NCBI RefSeq assembly: GCF_011745625.1
Contig: NW_027191458.1
Span: 744,001 to 808,000 of the forward strand
Direction: 5' to 3'
Length of the DNA stretch: 64,000 nucleotides
Source of the DNA: Cladosporium halotolerans
Taxonomy: Eukaryota
Shown here: positions 10,959 to 22,303 of the stretch, piece by piece
How the letters are laid out: each line of letters opens with the position of its first letter
Numbering within the stretch: position 1 is the stretch's first letter
The notes under the pieces: generated by a model
Databases searched by the model: none
Told to the model about the DNA's origin: nothing
The model's input: only the letters and a program-made list of their open reading frames with translations
Translations under genes and position numbers: made by a program

Positions 10959-11403
10959 CTATGAGTCCGCAGAGATGTATGTTACTGGAAAATTTGTAAG
11001 CTTGTCTACTGCAAGACCGTCACTTTGCAAAACCGAAAAGACAGTTCAAGATCCAAAGAGAGAGGAAGAGACAGCATCATTGAAGTCGAACATACCATTG
11101 TTTCCCCTCACAAACGCATCGCCATACGACCTTCTCATCTTGCCGTCCACAAACTCGCGCGTGCCCTCGAGGGCGATGTTCATGTAGCCGTCGACGGACT
11201 GCAGCTCGCCTGTTATCACATGTCAGTAAGTCGAAACCAACTTTATCCTCAGGCAAAGGCATACCCTTGTAGACAACGCCAGAGTTCAACTTCACCGTGA
11301 CCGGCGCGCCGATAATCTCACTCAGGAAACCGGACGGGTCGCGGGCGTCGTTTGCGGATTGGGGAGCGCCGGCCGAGGCGCCGTTGGGAGCGGGTGCGGA
11401 CAT
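10959..11403 (-). CDS. LSM6: U6 snRNA-associated Sm-like protein Lsm6; exons 11403-11265, 11209-11096, 10984-10959
   Basis: Spliced product ...DPSGFLSEIIGAPVTVKLNSGVVYKGELQSVDGYMNIALEGTREFVDGKMRRSYGDAFVRGNNVTYISADS* carries Sm1/Sm2 motifs of the Lsm6 type. Confidence 0.93.
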
Positions 11404-11855
11404 TTTTGCTTTTGGTTTCTGTGTTTTGGTGTGGGACAATGTGACTCTCTTTTGGATGTTAGAGCGTGGTTCGTTTTGCCCCCAACACTCTCAGACTTGC
11501 CCGCTGTCGTCGTGCCGCCTGGCTGAAGTGCTCGCAAAAGCCGGGGCATGTGACTTCGCGAGGCGGCCGCACGGACCACTGTGAGCGTGAGATCGCGGGG
11601 CAAGCTTGCGATGGATGGACCGGGACCAGGTTTTGGAGTCTGCGCATAAAAGGATTACGCAGATGCGGGTAGCTTGTCGTGCAGGAGCGGCAATGTCCCC
11701 ATGGCCTTGAGGTGACACTTCACATGCTCGCGATACGCCCTGTCGCACGCTCGACGTTGAAGCTGCAGCGACATTCACTGCGGCGCAGAGGATCATCGTG
11801 ACGACTGCGGATTCCTGATTTCTTGTTTGATTTGCTACGAGAATAAGAGGTCGCC

Positions 11856-13289
11856 ATGGGGCTGTTCAATCGCCCGACTATCGCGACTGCTTCGACGGGC
11901 TCGTCAGAGACCGACCAGCCGAGGGACATCTTCTCACACTCGGAATCCTACGACTCAATACTGGCCGAGCAGGATCGACGGCGGAAGGAAAAGCTTGAGA
12001 GGCAGAAAGTCAAAAGAGAAGGGAAGCGCACAAGCGATGAAGGGGTTGCGGAGTCGCCTAGGAAGGCCAGTGGGAGTGCTTTGAGTCCGAAGAAAAGCGA
12101 GGCTACGCCTAAGCGGAGAAGGATATCTGGTCAAGACATTGGGAATTTGTTGAAAGAGGCAGGGCTTGAAGGAAATGATTCAGCGCAGCGAAGCGATGAA
12201 GAGGAAATCATCATGGGACAGGGAAGTGAAGAGAGAAGGTCACCAAGGAAGGGAGGTGTGGATGCTAGAGGAAGTCGGACAGCCGCGAAATCGACGAGGG
12301 GAAAGACTGTTACTCCCGTAATAGAGGTTGACGACGGATCGTCAGATGTTGAGATTCAGCCCAGTGGCAATGCAGCGAAGCAGGACCCGAAGGACTCATT
12401 CCCAATGGAGGAGCAAGACGACGAGTCTGATGAGGAGCTGGCCGCGCTCGCTCGACAAGCACGACAACGGCGGCGACAGCAACAACAGAAGACTTCTGCT
12501 TCACCTGCGACCATAGGCAAGGATTCATCTCCCCAGACAACTGGATTAAGGGCGTCGCATTCAGGCTTCCAGACGCCTCCGCTACCCGACCCGCCCGTCA
12601 AGGTTTTGGTCGTCTCGAGAATCGAAAACACAAATCCACTACTGGTCTTTCGAAAGCTATCGCAAAATCTCAGAGAGATTCGCCTGGCATATTGCAAACG
12701 ACAAGGCTTCAGCGAAGACTTTACAGAGAAAGTGTTTCTCATCCACTGCATGCGGCGAGTTTACGACGTGACAACGTGCAGAAGTCTTGGCTTGGAGACC
12801 GACACAGAGGGCAACATCACAATGAAAGGCGCCGAGGGCAAAGAGGGCGTCGATCAGGTGGCGCTCGAAGCGGTGACTGACGAGATTTTCGCTCAGATCC
12901 GTGCAGAGAAGGCGAGAGAAGATGCAAAGAGGGCTGGTCACTGGGATCCTGGGGCTGAAGCAGGTGCCGAATCAGAGCAGCCAGACGCTCCGCTGGCAGA
13001 AGAGGAGTACCTCAAATTGGTGCTAAAGGCAAAGGACAAGGCTGATTTCAAGCTAATGGTCAAGCCTGTGAGTAACCCATTACCCACTCAGGGCCAAGAG
13101 CCGTGCTAACATTAGACACCGTAGACCACGCCTTTCTCCAAAATTATCAACGCCTGCAGGAAGAACTTCCACGTGGCCGACGGCAGCGCCATCACGCTGG
13201 AATTTGACGGCGACCCTCTGGCGCCAGAGGAGGTGGTTCAGAACACCGAGCTTTCGGACCTGGACATCGTGAACGTGCACATTTCCTAG
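11856..13289 (+). CDS. Rad60/Esc2-family protein with C-terminal SUMO-like domain (intron 13068-13124)
   Basis: Splicing gives ...LKLVLKAKDKADFKLMVKP|TTPFSKIINACRKNFHVADGSAITLEFDGDPLAPEEVVQNTELSDLDIVNVHIS*, a SUMO-like domain with FDGD and no terminal GG. The N-terminus is acidic and disordered. Confidence 0.85.
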
Positions 13290-15586
13290 AGACCCGCACT
13301 CATTTGTGGATTTGTGACTCACGTCAGCTGAAACATGTGTGCTGTCACTTGTTTTTTCCTTGTTTCCACCGTTTCCGAATTCCTGGGAAGCGCGGCGTTT
13401 GAAGAGTCATACCACATACCCCCGTCTGTTGTACAGCTTTTGCAATTCTAGATATCAGGAAGCTCGCAAGTGTATCGAGAGTGTTGTAGCTCCCGGCTCC
13501 AACTCCGTCAAACCTTCAAGAACATACCTAATAGTCTGCGTCATCACCTACATCAGTATATCCATGGCCGTCTAGAATCACACCCTCCCGCGACAAGTCA
13601 GGTACACATGCATTCCCACTGGCCGTCGGGCCGCAACGCACCACCACCACGCGGGCGACAGGAGCGAAGCACGAAAGGTTGCCTTGCAGCATGCTGCTGT
13701 CGACCGCCAATAGCGCTGTTGGGGTGAGACCGGTGGACTTGGGCTGCGTCGCCGGACGAGCCGCGCTAATGCCGGCTCTCGCGGTTGGGCAGATACGTGG
13801 CGCCGCTGGCGAGCGAAGGAGTCTCGGGACCGCTTCTGGCGGCGGTATCGCGCGGTCGGTGGCAGCCCAAAGCGACGACGCGAGGGCTGCTCGTCCGCCC
13901 GGTTTTTGGCGCTGGGGATGGGGGTGGAGATGGTGTTGCGCGGTGTCGCCTTGGAGCGCACGCGGCGTCCAGTCCGGGTCGCTGCCCGACGGTCGTGCCA
14001 TTGGCTCGCGAAGTAGGCAACATATATATGGACGGCGCCAGCGGTGGGAGTCATCGACGGAGGAGGTCATATACATTCCCATGCGCCGCCGTCGCGCTGC
14101 CGTGCGACACTGACCAGCAACTGTTTGCCGTGGGTGACACTACAGCTCCCCTCGCCGACCAACACCGTCCTTCGCGCACACGGATTTCCACGTCGCAGCT
14201 CCACACCACCGCCGCCGCATTGCAATGCTACCTCACAGACTCCGACACTGCCAACTGAAGAAACTGCGAAGACACCGCCGCCGTCGGCCCTGAAGCCGCG
14301 CTCCGCAGAGTGCATACACCAACCGAAACTTACCGTTCTTGCCTGCCTTGCCGTCCGATCGCGTGCGCCAAACGCAAGCCGCGGCTGACACCATCCGGTC
14401 ATTCACACCACGCTGATCCAGATCTCGTGCGGACCGCGCGTGGTGGTGTGTGGGAGAGAGGGAGCGAGGAGGGGCTCTCAACCATCAGCTGGCCACCTTT
14501 TCCTCGCCGCCCTGCCCGCACCGGCCTCATTGACCTCCGATTTCTTTTACTCGTTCCCATCGATATTTCACCCACCCCGGGCAATAGCCAGCGATTGTGA
14601 GTCCTACTTTTCTTCTAGGGCTTGCGCAGACTCCACGCGCGTGCATGAAACCGAGCCCACTACTGTGCGGCTAGCCTCAGGCCGGTGGCAGTGGTCAGGC
14701 TGGCCCAGTGGCCCCTCCTGCCTGGCCACCTCGCCTGCGGGCCTGCGCCGACAACTTTTTTCCCTCTCCCCGTGCGGCAGACTATAACACAACACGACGT
14801 CCGTACTGACATTCGCGATGCGGTAGAGACGCCGCAGCCAGAGACACGCCCCGCCGCCAGCCCGAGCCCTTCAGGCAAGGCGTGCGCCCTCGCAGCGGCT
14901 GCCCCGTTGGCCTGGCTACAACCCCCCATCCCACTTTGGCTTCGTCATAACGCCGCCGCCGGCCAACACCAGACCGCACGCAAACACAACACCCCTCCAC
15001 CCCCTGCTCTCACGACTCCGGGCTTGTATATGCTCGACAGGCGACCCTCCGATCGACGGCCCCGTTCATAGCACGACTCAGGCTATATCGCCGCGAAACA
15101 GCTACGCCGCGCCCTGAAACCTGCCCGCGCGCTTAGCTTAGCGTTTCGCCCTGCTCCTGTCGGCTTCGAGATCGCAGCCAACACCAACGCCAACGTCTGC
15201 GCAGCGCGCCACGCCCACCCCTTACTATCTTGCGATTGATATTGCCATCGCTGCGCCCGAGCTGCTGTAGTCTGGCCTAGTCTTACCATCGCACAGCCGG
15301 CTCTGAGACATACAGCACTAACTCACTACTACCGCTGCCTTCCTCCTAAGCTATCATCGCCGGCGAACAGCACTTCCCCACAATCTAAACAGATCGACGC
15401 GCATCTTCTGCCTTTGGTGCCTGTGAGCCTAACGCGCTCCGAAGCTAAAGCTCACCCCGTACTCCCTGTCAGACCGCCGCCACCCAAAGGCAATCCTTAT
15501 CACCTCGCAGACCGCCTCTTCTTGACCTCTCTTCGCTGCGTGAAGTGCGGTTGAGACGAGAGCGCTTGCACCCACACGAACATTCC

Positions 15587-17925
15587 ATGCCGTCGTAAGT
15601 CCCTCTTAGGCCATTGATAGACGAACTCCTGCCCAATGCTTCTCTGATCGGAGGCATAAGTGGGGTCGCCATCACGGTCGGTTCGCCGCCAAACAAGCTC
15701 ATCACTGACATTCCATCAGCACCGTCACATACACCAACAGTTCAGGATCGGGCAAGGTGCGAGTCTATCCTGCCGGCGACGTGCACTCTTCCAGAAGCCC
15801 ATCAGTGCACTCGCCTACTTCCAGCGAGAGCCGCAGCTCTTCGCAGTTCTCGGATTGGACGCACCTGTCGGAGGACGAGATCGATCCCTCAGAATCAGCC
15901 TCACGACCTCCGCGACCTTCTAGGTCGCGTCGCCACCACACCGAAGCTCGCCCTGCGCCTAGCAGACATCATTCGTCTCGCTACGAGCAGGACGAGCCGC
16001 CGCGTCAACATCGCTCGCACCGCCACCGATCGAGCCGTCACCAGTCCCACGAATCTCACGACCATCGCGACCGTCACGACCCCAGACGCCACCCGTCTGA
16101 CGGCTCTTCGTCCGGCACCGTGGAGCTGCACGACGAATTCTATGGCCGCCGTGGTCCGCCGACCCAACCGCCTTTCCCACCATCCGGTGCGTACAGACAT
16201 GGGTCGGGGCCAATCCCCAGCAGCCATGGCGGCTTCCCTCCCGGCATGCCTGGCCCTTCAGCCTATGCCGACCCATTCCAGCCTCAGGCCTTAGTCCACA
16301 GGTCTCAGCACGATCCCTACGGCTACCCTACTCAGGGTAACCCCTTCGCACCCGGCCCATCTGCCCCAAATCCGTTCTCTCCAATGGAATCCACACACTC
16401 AAGCTACTTCCAGACTGAGCCGCAACAGCCGCCAATGAGCCAGCCTCACAGGCCGGGCCCACCCTCTCAGCGACACAGCATGTATGGACACGGACCTTCT
16501 GGGTCCACGGCCTATGGCTCCGAGCTGATGGTCTCGCCCTACGGCTATCCTGGCATGCACGGGATGCCGCACATGATGCAAGGCTACCCAATGCCGGCTC
16601 CATCGCCCTACTCTGGATACCCGCCTTCCCACGTGGCGTCGCCGGCGCCGCCGCAGCCGAAGGAAGAGAAGAAAGAGGAGCCCAAGGAGGTTGTTAAAGA
16701 GGTGATCGTTGAAAAGCCAGATGAGGCTACACTCAAAGAGCTCGGAGAACTTCGCGAACTCATCAAGAAGACGGAGGAAGAGCGCGTGGCTCGCGAGCAG
16801 GCCGCGATTGCGGCCGCGGCTGCCAAGAAAGCAAAGGAAGAGCAGGAGGCCTTGCAGAAGAAGGAGGTCGCCGCTGCGTCTGCTGCTGCCAAAGAGGCTG
16901 CGGAGAAGGCTGCTGAAGAGGCCGCGAAGGCCGCCAAGGAGGAGAGCGACAAGAAGCTCGCCGAAGCTGAGGCGGCCCGCGCTGAGCTCGAGAAGAAGCA
17001 GAAGGAGCTCGAGGAGGTCGTGAAGAAGAACGAGCCTGAGCCGGACATGCTCAAGGCGCCTATCAAGTTCAAGGACGCGGTGGGCAGGAAGTTCAGCTTC
17101 CCATGGCACCTGTGCAAGACGTGGAAGGGCATGGAGGGCCTGATCAAGCAGGCTTTCCTTCACGTCGACGTTATCGGTCAACACGTGCAGGAAGGCCACT
17201 ACGACTTGATGGGCCCCGACGGTGAGATCATCCTCCCGCAGGTCTGGGACACGATGATCAAGCCGGACTGGGAGGTCTCCATGCACATGTGGCCGATTCC
17301 CGAGACGCCCGAGAAGAAGAAAAAGAAGAAGGAAGAGCCAGAAGAGCCGCCGCTTGTTGATGAGCACGGCCACCCTCTAGGCCCCGATCCTTACGGGCCC
17401 ACTCTTGACCAGATCCTTGCGATGAACGCCCAGGCTGCCGCTGGCAAGGACCCAGCGAAGAAAGCCAAGAAGAAGGACAAGTCGGCGAAACGCGCATCCG
17501 CTCACATCGTCGACGTTCCTCCAGCTGCCGCCGCAGCACTTCCTCCCGCTGCGTTCCCGCCCGGCCTCGACCAGGCGACCTACGATGCTCTTCTCGCTGC
17601 TCAGGCTCAGCAAGGCCCCATGGTCGTGGACGTTGCGCCCGGCCCCGAGGCTGCCCCTAAGGCGAAGCAGAAGAAGAAACTGACGGGCTTGCAAGCATGG
17701 ATGGTCGGCGCGCAGCCCAGGCCGTCAAAAAAAGATGATGAAGAACGTGACCTGTCGGCCTCGAACCACTCCCACTCCCACTCTCACCACGCCGCAACAG
17801 CACCCGTCGCGATCGCCAGGCGTCGCCGGAGCACGGCCGGGTCCTCTTGGACCACGGCTTCCGCTTCGCCGCCGGCTAAGGTCGTCGCGACGGCTGAGCA
17901 GGGCACGTCGTGCGCGGTCATGTGA
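15587..17925 (+). CDS. Fungal protein with Pro-rich N-terminus, charged coiled coil, ubiquitin-like domain and C-terminal CaaX (intron 15595-15719)
   Basis: ATG CCG TC|GTAAGT..ACTGAC..CAG splices in frame to the 722-aa ORF. Domain PIKFKDAVGRKFSFPWHLCKTWKGMEGLIKQAFLHV..GHYDLMGPDGEIILPQVW is a recognisable fungal ubiquitin-like domain. The protein ends CAVM*. Confidence 0.85.
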
Positions 17926-18988
17926 TCGCTCGCTACGTGTTGCTCGGCACTGTTGCAGTGTGTTGCCAGAGGAGAGGGCAAAGGTCTGAGGCCGATGGGA
18001 CTCACGGAGCGTACGGTCTCCTCCCGTGGACAGCGCGGGTCTTACGTGCGCGCATCTTTTCACTTCTACCTCTGCATTTGAGGTTTTCGTTCGATTTCGG
18101 CTGACATCGTTCGGATTTTGATGATCATGGTTTCACGATTGAAACGAGTTTGGTGACCATTTACGAACGTCTTGCACCAGCTCACGCTTGGGCAAAACGA
18201 AGCAACAGAAAAAACGGCCGGGAATTGTTTTTGCTTTTTGACGCGTTGCTTCGCGCTCGCTTTCCCTTCTTCTGCTTCTTTGATACCCTGCCTCTTTGCT
18301 TTCCTTCTTGCTGCATTCGCTTTTTCTTCTTCACTCCGACTGCACGGCATTAGCATCTTTGCTCGCAGCCTGACCATTTTCTGTCGTTTTGACTCGAGCC
18401 TGCTGCTATCTATCTATCGTTGTTGCTTAGCGAGCGTGCTTTGGTTTCCTTGCGGAAAAGACTGGACGGCAGGGCGATCCTCGTGCGGATGGGATGGTAA
18501 TGATCTGTGTGGGGGATGGATGATGATTGAGATTTTGAGATTGATTTGCGATGCTTATGTTGTTACGTGGAATATGTTGAATGCCATCTTTGATCACATA
18601 CATTTTCGTTTTCTCTTCCTGTTAATCACTCGCAACTAGAAGAGCCCATTCTTTCGCCGTCTCTCCATTGAACTCACAAAAGCGGTGGGGCACTTTCAGG
18701 TCTCACAAGCCTACACGCTCGCGGGCCGAGGCGCTTGGGGACTCTCGTCGCCAGGGTCGCAACTACAGAAAAGTGAATCGCGGCAAACAACCAAATGCGC
18801 CGGAGCCCCTCACGTTCCAACAACCCACCTACACTCGTTCGCAACACCCACGGCCAGCTCCTGAGCCAGCACAGTATCCGCGACTAAATTGCATGGGTGC
18901 GGCGGAATCCCACGAACCCAAAACCGACTCTTCCTCCCTCGACCCTCCCGCAACCCTCACAACTCACCCCTCCACCAACCCGCCAAAA

Positions 18989-19338
18989 ATGGCCGCCGAG
19001 TAAGTCCTCCCTTGAGAAAGCAAAAACACCAACCCCTCTAACCCCTCTGAAGCCCCATCTCCACCCCCCGCGTAACCCGCCGCTCCGCCGCAGCCGCCGC
19101 CGCCGCCGCATCAGCAGGCACCACCAACAGCAACTCGCCCGCTCCTCCCCCAGCGACGCCCGGCTTCCGCGTCCTGGACAACGGCAAGAAAGTCTCGCGC
19201 GCGGAGGCGGACGGGATCAACGCGGACGAGCAGCTGAACCGCGAGCAGAGGATGGCGCAGAAGAGCAAGAGGGCGCGCAGGAGGGCGAGGGGCGCCGCGA
19301 GGAGGAGGGAGGGCGCGGCGTCGCCTGTTAAGGTCTAG
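18989..19338 (+). CDS. Small basic hypothetical protein, 98 aa (intron 19000-19052)
   Basis: aaaATGg context, GTAAGT donor, CTAAC branch and AAG acceptor give MAADPISTPRVTRRSAAAAAAAASAG...RMAQKSKRARRRARGAARRREGAASPVKV*. Strong C/G-ending codon bias. Not in the ORF track. Confidence 0.65.
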
Positions 19339-20223
19339 GAGATGAAGGGAAACTGTCTCGCTGGCTTGGTGGGGAGGATTGGGAGTCCGGAGCAGGGTTG
19401 AAAGGCTGGGAGGGAGGCTTTGTGGGAGGTTCATGTTACGGGGTTGGAGGTGGTGTTTCGGGTCGGTCTGGCTGAAAGGAGGTTACGGCATCGATCGAGT
19501 TGGAGTGTTGGATTTCGGAGGATGTGGAGCTGTGTGTGTGGAGTTGCTGTGGCAGATACGAGTCTCGGGAAGGGTGTATTTGATATGGAAGCAAGAGCAG
19601 AAGCGAAATTCTCTACGGGGTGCCAGGTGCAAGACAAATGGCAGAATCGCTGGATACGCGCCATTGTCGAGAGTCAAGGTGACGGGATGCGATCGCCGAA
19701 TGTTCCTCAGTCAACTGGGCGCGACGGGTCGCATAAGCTTTTTCGAAACGCCGGGATCGTCTTGTCCGTGGGAGAGATCGGAAATTGAACGATGACTACG
19801 GCTGAGGAACTACAGTATCGGATCAATACGGCGTCAGCTTGGTACCCACCGTTCAATACCGCCAACGAAGAGCAGACTTGATTTTCTGATCCTGAAACTG
19901 GCACCCTTCATTACCTTTCATCGACTGCATGTCTATAGAAAGCAAAGGTCTCGCTCGAAACAGCGTTCGATCAATGACGGACATAAGCCATCCAATATTT
20001 GACAGATGACGATAGAAATACTAGACTTGGCACTAGAGTTGCATCGGAAGACCTTTTCAGTCAATTTCATCACTGCATTGCTACAACGGAGCCTACATGT
20101 AGACTACTCGGACAATAATGGCCACTATCCAACAACTTTGTCCCGAATTAATGAACCATTAGCAATGAGCACAACGACCATAAACCCCCAACTTCATTTC
20201 CCCTACCTCCCCACCCAACCGCC

Positions 20224-21765
20224 TCACTTCCTCCCAGGCTTCACCTTCCTCGCAACCCCCTTTTTCCTCCCCGCAGCGGCAGCCCCTCTAAGCGCAGGCG
20301 CTACCTGTACGTCAAGCTCCGGTTCCGCCTTCTTGCTGGCTTCAACCTCCCGGGGAGAAATCTCCCTGGCACGCTTGGGAGCCGGCTTGCTAGCAATGCC
20401 TTTTTTGCGCGGCCTCGTTAGACGGGTCTGAGTTTGCGGTTTCGTGGTGTCGGTGTCGAGATTGAATGAGGTGGCGGGGTCGTGGTTTTCCTTTCTAAGG
20501 GCTTGGGAAGGAGTGGTCGTGCTGTTGCGGGTGACGGACAGAGTTGGAGTGTTTAGACTAGGAGCCCTGGGCAGATATTCGGCGTTGATGGATGGGCGAG
20601 GTGACGAATCGGGAGTAAGGCCGGTTACGAAGAGACTCTCGGATTGATCATAGCTGTCGAAAGCCGGGCCAGGGCTGGCTGGTTGGATCGTCAGTCGTGG
20701 CGGAGTTGACGAAGCGATTGGGGTCCGTGGTGTAGCAGCATGGTTTCGTTTGGTCTTTCGATGGGCACCGCGAGCGGCTAAATGAGGCGTTTCGGGTAGG
20801 AAGACATCGCCAGTGGAGGTCTTCCCCTCGTCGGAGCCTTCGCTCTCGCTCCACGGAGCGATGAAGTCTTTCTTCTTGGACTTGCGGGCTGGTGGAGACT
20901 TGGCCCTGATTTTCCTGGAAAAGGCGCTGGGACTGGCTGGGTTCCTCTGGCTTCGGAGTGGGCTCGGGGTCGGATCTTCGCGTAGACGAGTTGATACCAG
21001 CCCTCCCGCGACAGACATGGGACTACTCGAAGTCGGAGTATCCGGATCCGCATTCTTCGATCTCATGTCATCCATCCTGCGTACCATGCCAGCGCCCCAT
21101 GACCCCGGTGAAGCCTTAATTCGGCCAGTAGAAGAATGGCCAGTAGCAATCGGTGTCTTCTCCAGGCCTGACTCCTTCGCCTCCATACCATAACCACCAT
21201 CCTCATGCCCTTTTGCCCCCTGGTCCTCGACATCCTGATCCTCCCCAAACAAATCATCCATCGGCCCCAGCGGAGAAGAATCGATCTCGCGCGACACCTC
21301 GACTCCTTCATCCTCCTCCACCCCTCCCTCTCCCTTCCCTTCCTCCTTCCTCCCCTTCCTCCCCAACATCGCAAAAGCCGAATCCTCCCTCCACCTCCCC
21401 ACCCCGCCCTGCGCCCTCAAGAACCCGACCCCCAGATTGCGCTCCCTCTTCTTCCCCGTCCTGTACCCGCCGCCCGAGTACGACGGGACGTATTCAAGGA
21501 ACGGCGGCGTCGTCCTGTCGTCGGCCGGGTCGGGCATGGCGCGTGCGAAGGCGCGGATGTGGGAGATGGGGAGGGATGATATGTAGAGGATGCTTGAGAA
21601 GAAGAATGGCTGTGCTATTGCTGTTGGTGATGCTGGTGGTAGCGGTAATGGTGGGAAATGCGTGCGCTTGGGAGTGCTTTGGCTCGCTATTGGGAGCTGC
21701 GTGGGTAGGGGCGATGGGTGGTGGGGGAAGGAGGCGGAGAGGTATTTAAGCAGGCGCGCGGGCAT
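20224..21765 (-). CDS. Ser/Pro/Thr-rich disordered hypothetical protein with a basic C-terminus
   Basis: Stop-free frame of 629 codons. The start is uncertain (21765 MPARLL or ~21537 MPDPAD). No domain recognised. Confidence 0.55.
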   Translation of the reverse strand: MPARLLKYLSASFPHHPSPLPTQLPIASQSTPKRTHFPPLPLPPASPTAIAQPFFFSSILYISSLPISHIRAFARAMPDPADDRTTPPFLEYVPSYSGGGYRTGKKRERNLGVGFLRAQGGVGRWREDSAFAMLGRKGRKEEGKGEGGVEEDEGVEVSREIDSSPLGPMDDLFGEDQDVEDQGAKGHEDGGYGMEAKESGLEKTPIATGHSSTGRIKASPGSWGAGMVRRMDDMRSKNADPDTPTSSSPMSVAGGLVSTRLREDPTPSPLRSQRNPASPSAFSRKIRAKSPPARKSKKKDFIAPWSESEGSDEGKTSTGDVFLPETPHLAARGAHRKTKRNHAATPRTPIASSTPPRLTIQPASPGPAFDSYDQSESLFVTGLTPDSSPRPSINAEYLPRAPSLNTPTLSVTRNSTTTPSQALRKENHDPATSFNLDTDTTKPQTQTRLTRPRKKGIASKPAPKRAREISPREVEASKKAEPELDVQVAPALRGAAAAGRKKGVARKVKPGRK

Positions 21766-22303
21766 GATGGCGTAGGACTTTTTGTCTTTTTGGGCAGGAA
21801 GTGACTGATGGGCGATGATTGAATGTTCGGCTTGGGTTGTGGTAAAGGAGATTGATGAATGGGAGATGGGCCGATCGATCTGGGTGAAAGCGGCGTCAGG
21901 ATTTTGCTGGCGGCTGCATTCACTGTGGCTGGGTAGTGAATTTGTTAGTGAAGTTTGGCAAAGCTGGGGAGTGCGAGAAAGATGGGTGGATGCGCGCGAT
22001 ATAAAGAATATGATGTGGTGAGAAAGATTGTCGGAGCCTTTGCTAACAAATGCGTTCTTTATAAGGAAAAAATCTTTTGGTGAGCATGTATCTTGATCAA
22101 CTTTTAGTATCATGTCGCGTAACGGTGTCGCTAAGGTGCCTAGAACAAGAAATGAATCTAGCCAGCATCTATGCCAAAAGGGCTTCTAACCACCTGTAAG
22201 CATGGCCGCCCCAAAAACACTGGATATCAACGCAAAGAAAAACAGAGGCCTGGTGTTCGACGAAAGGGTGGAGGTGTACATCGCCGGCTGGCAAGATAGT
22301 CTC

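Noticed and set aside
10985..11095. Longer LSM6 intron as a snoRNA host
   Set aside because: It has an AATGATG C-box-like word but no D box or terminal stem.
13528..14260. Overlapping 140-184 aa ORFs on both strands
   Set aside because: No codon bias or recognisable motif; consistent with GC-rich intergenic or leader sequence.
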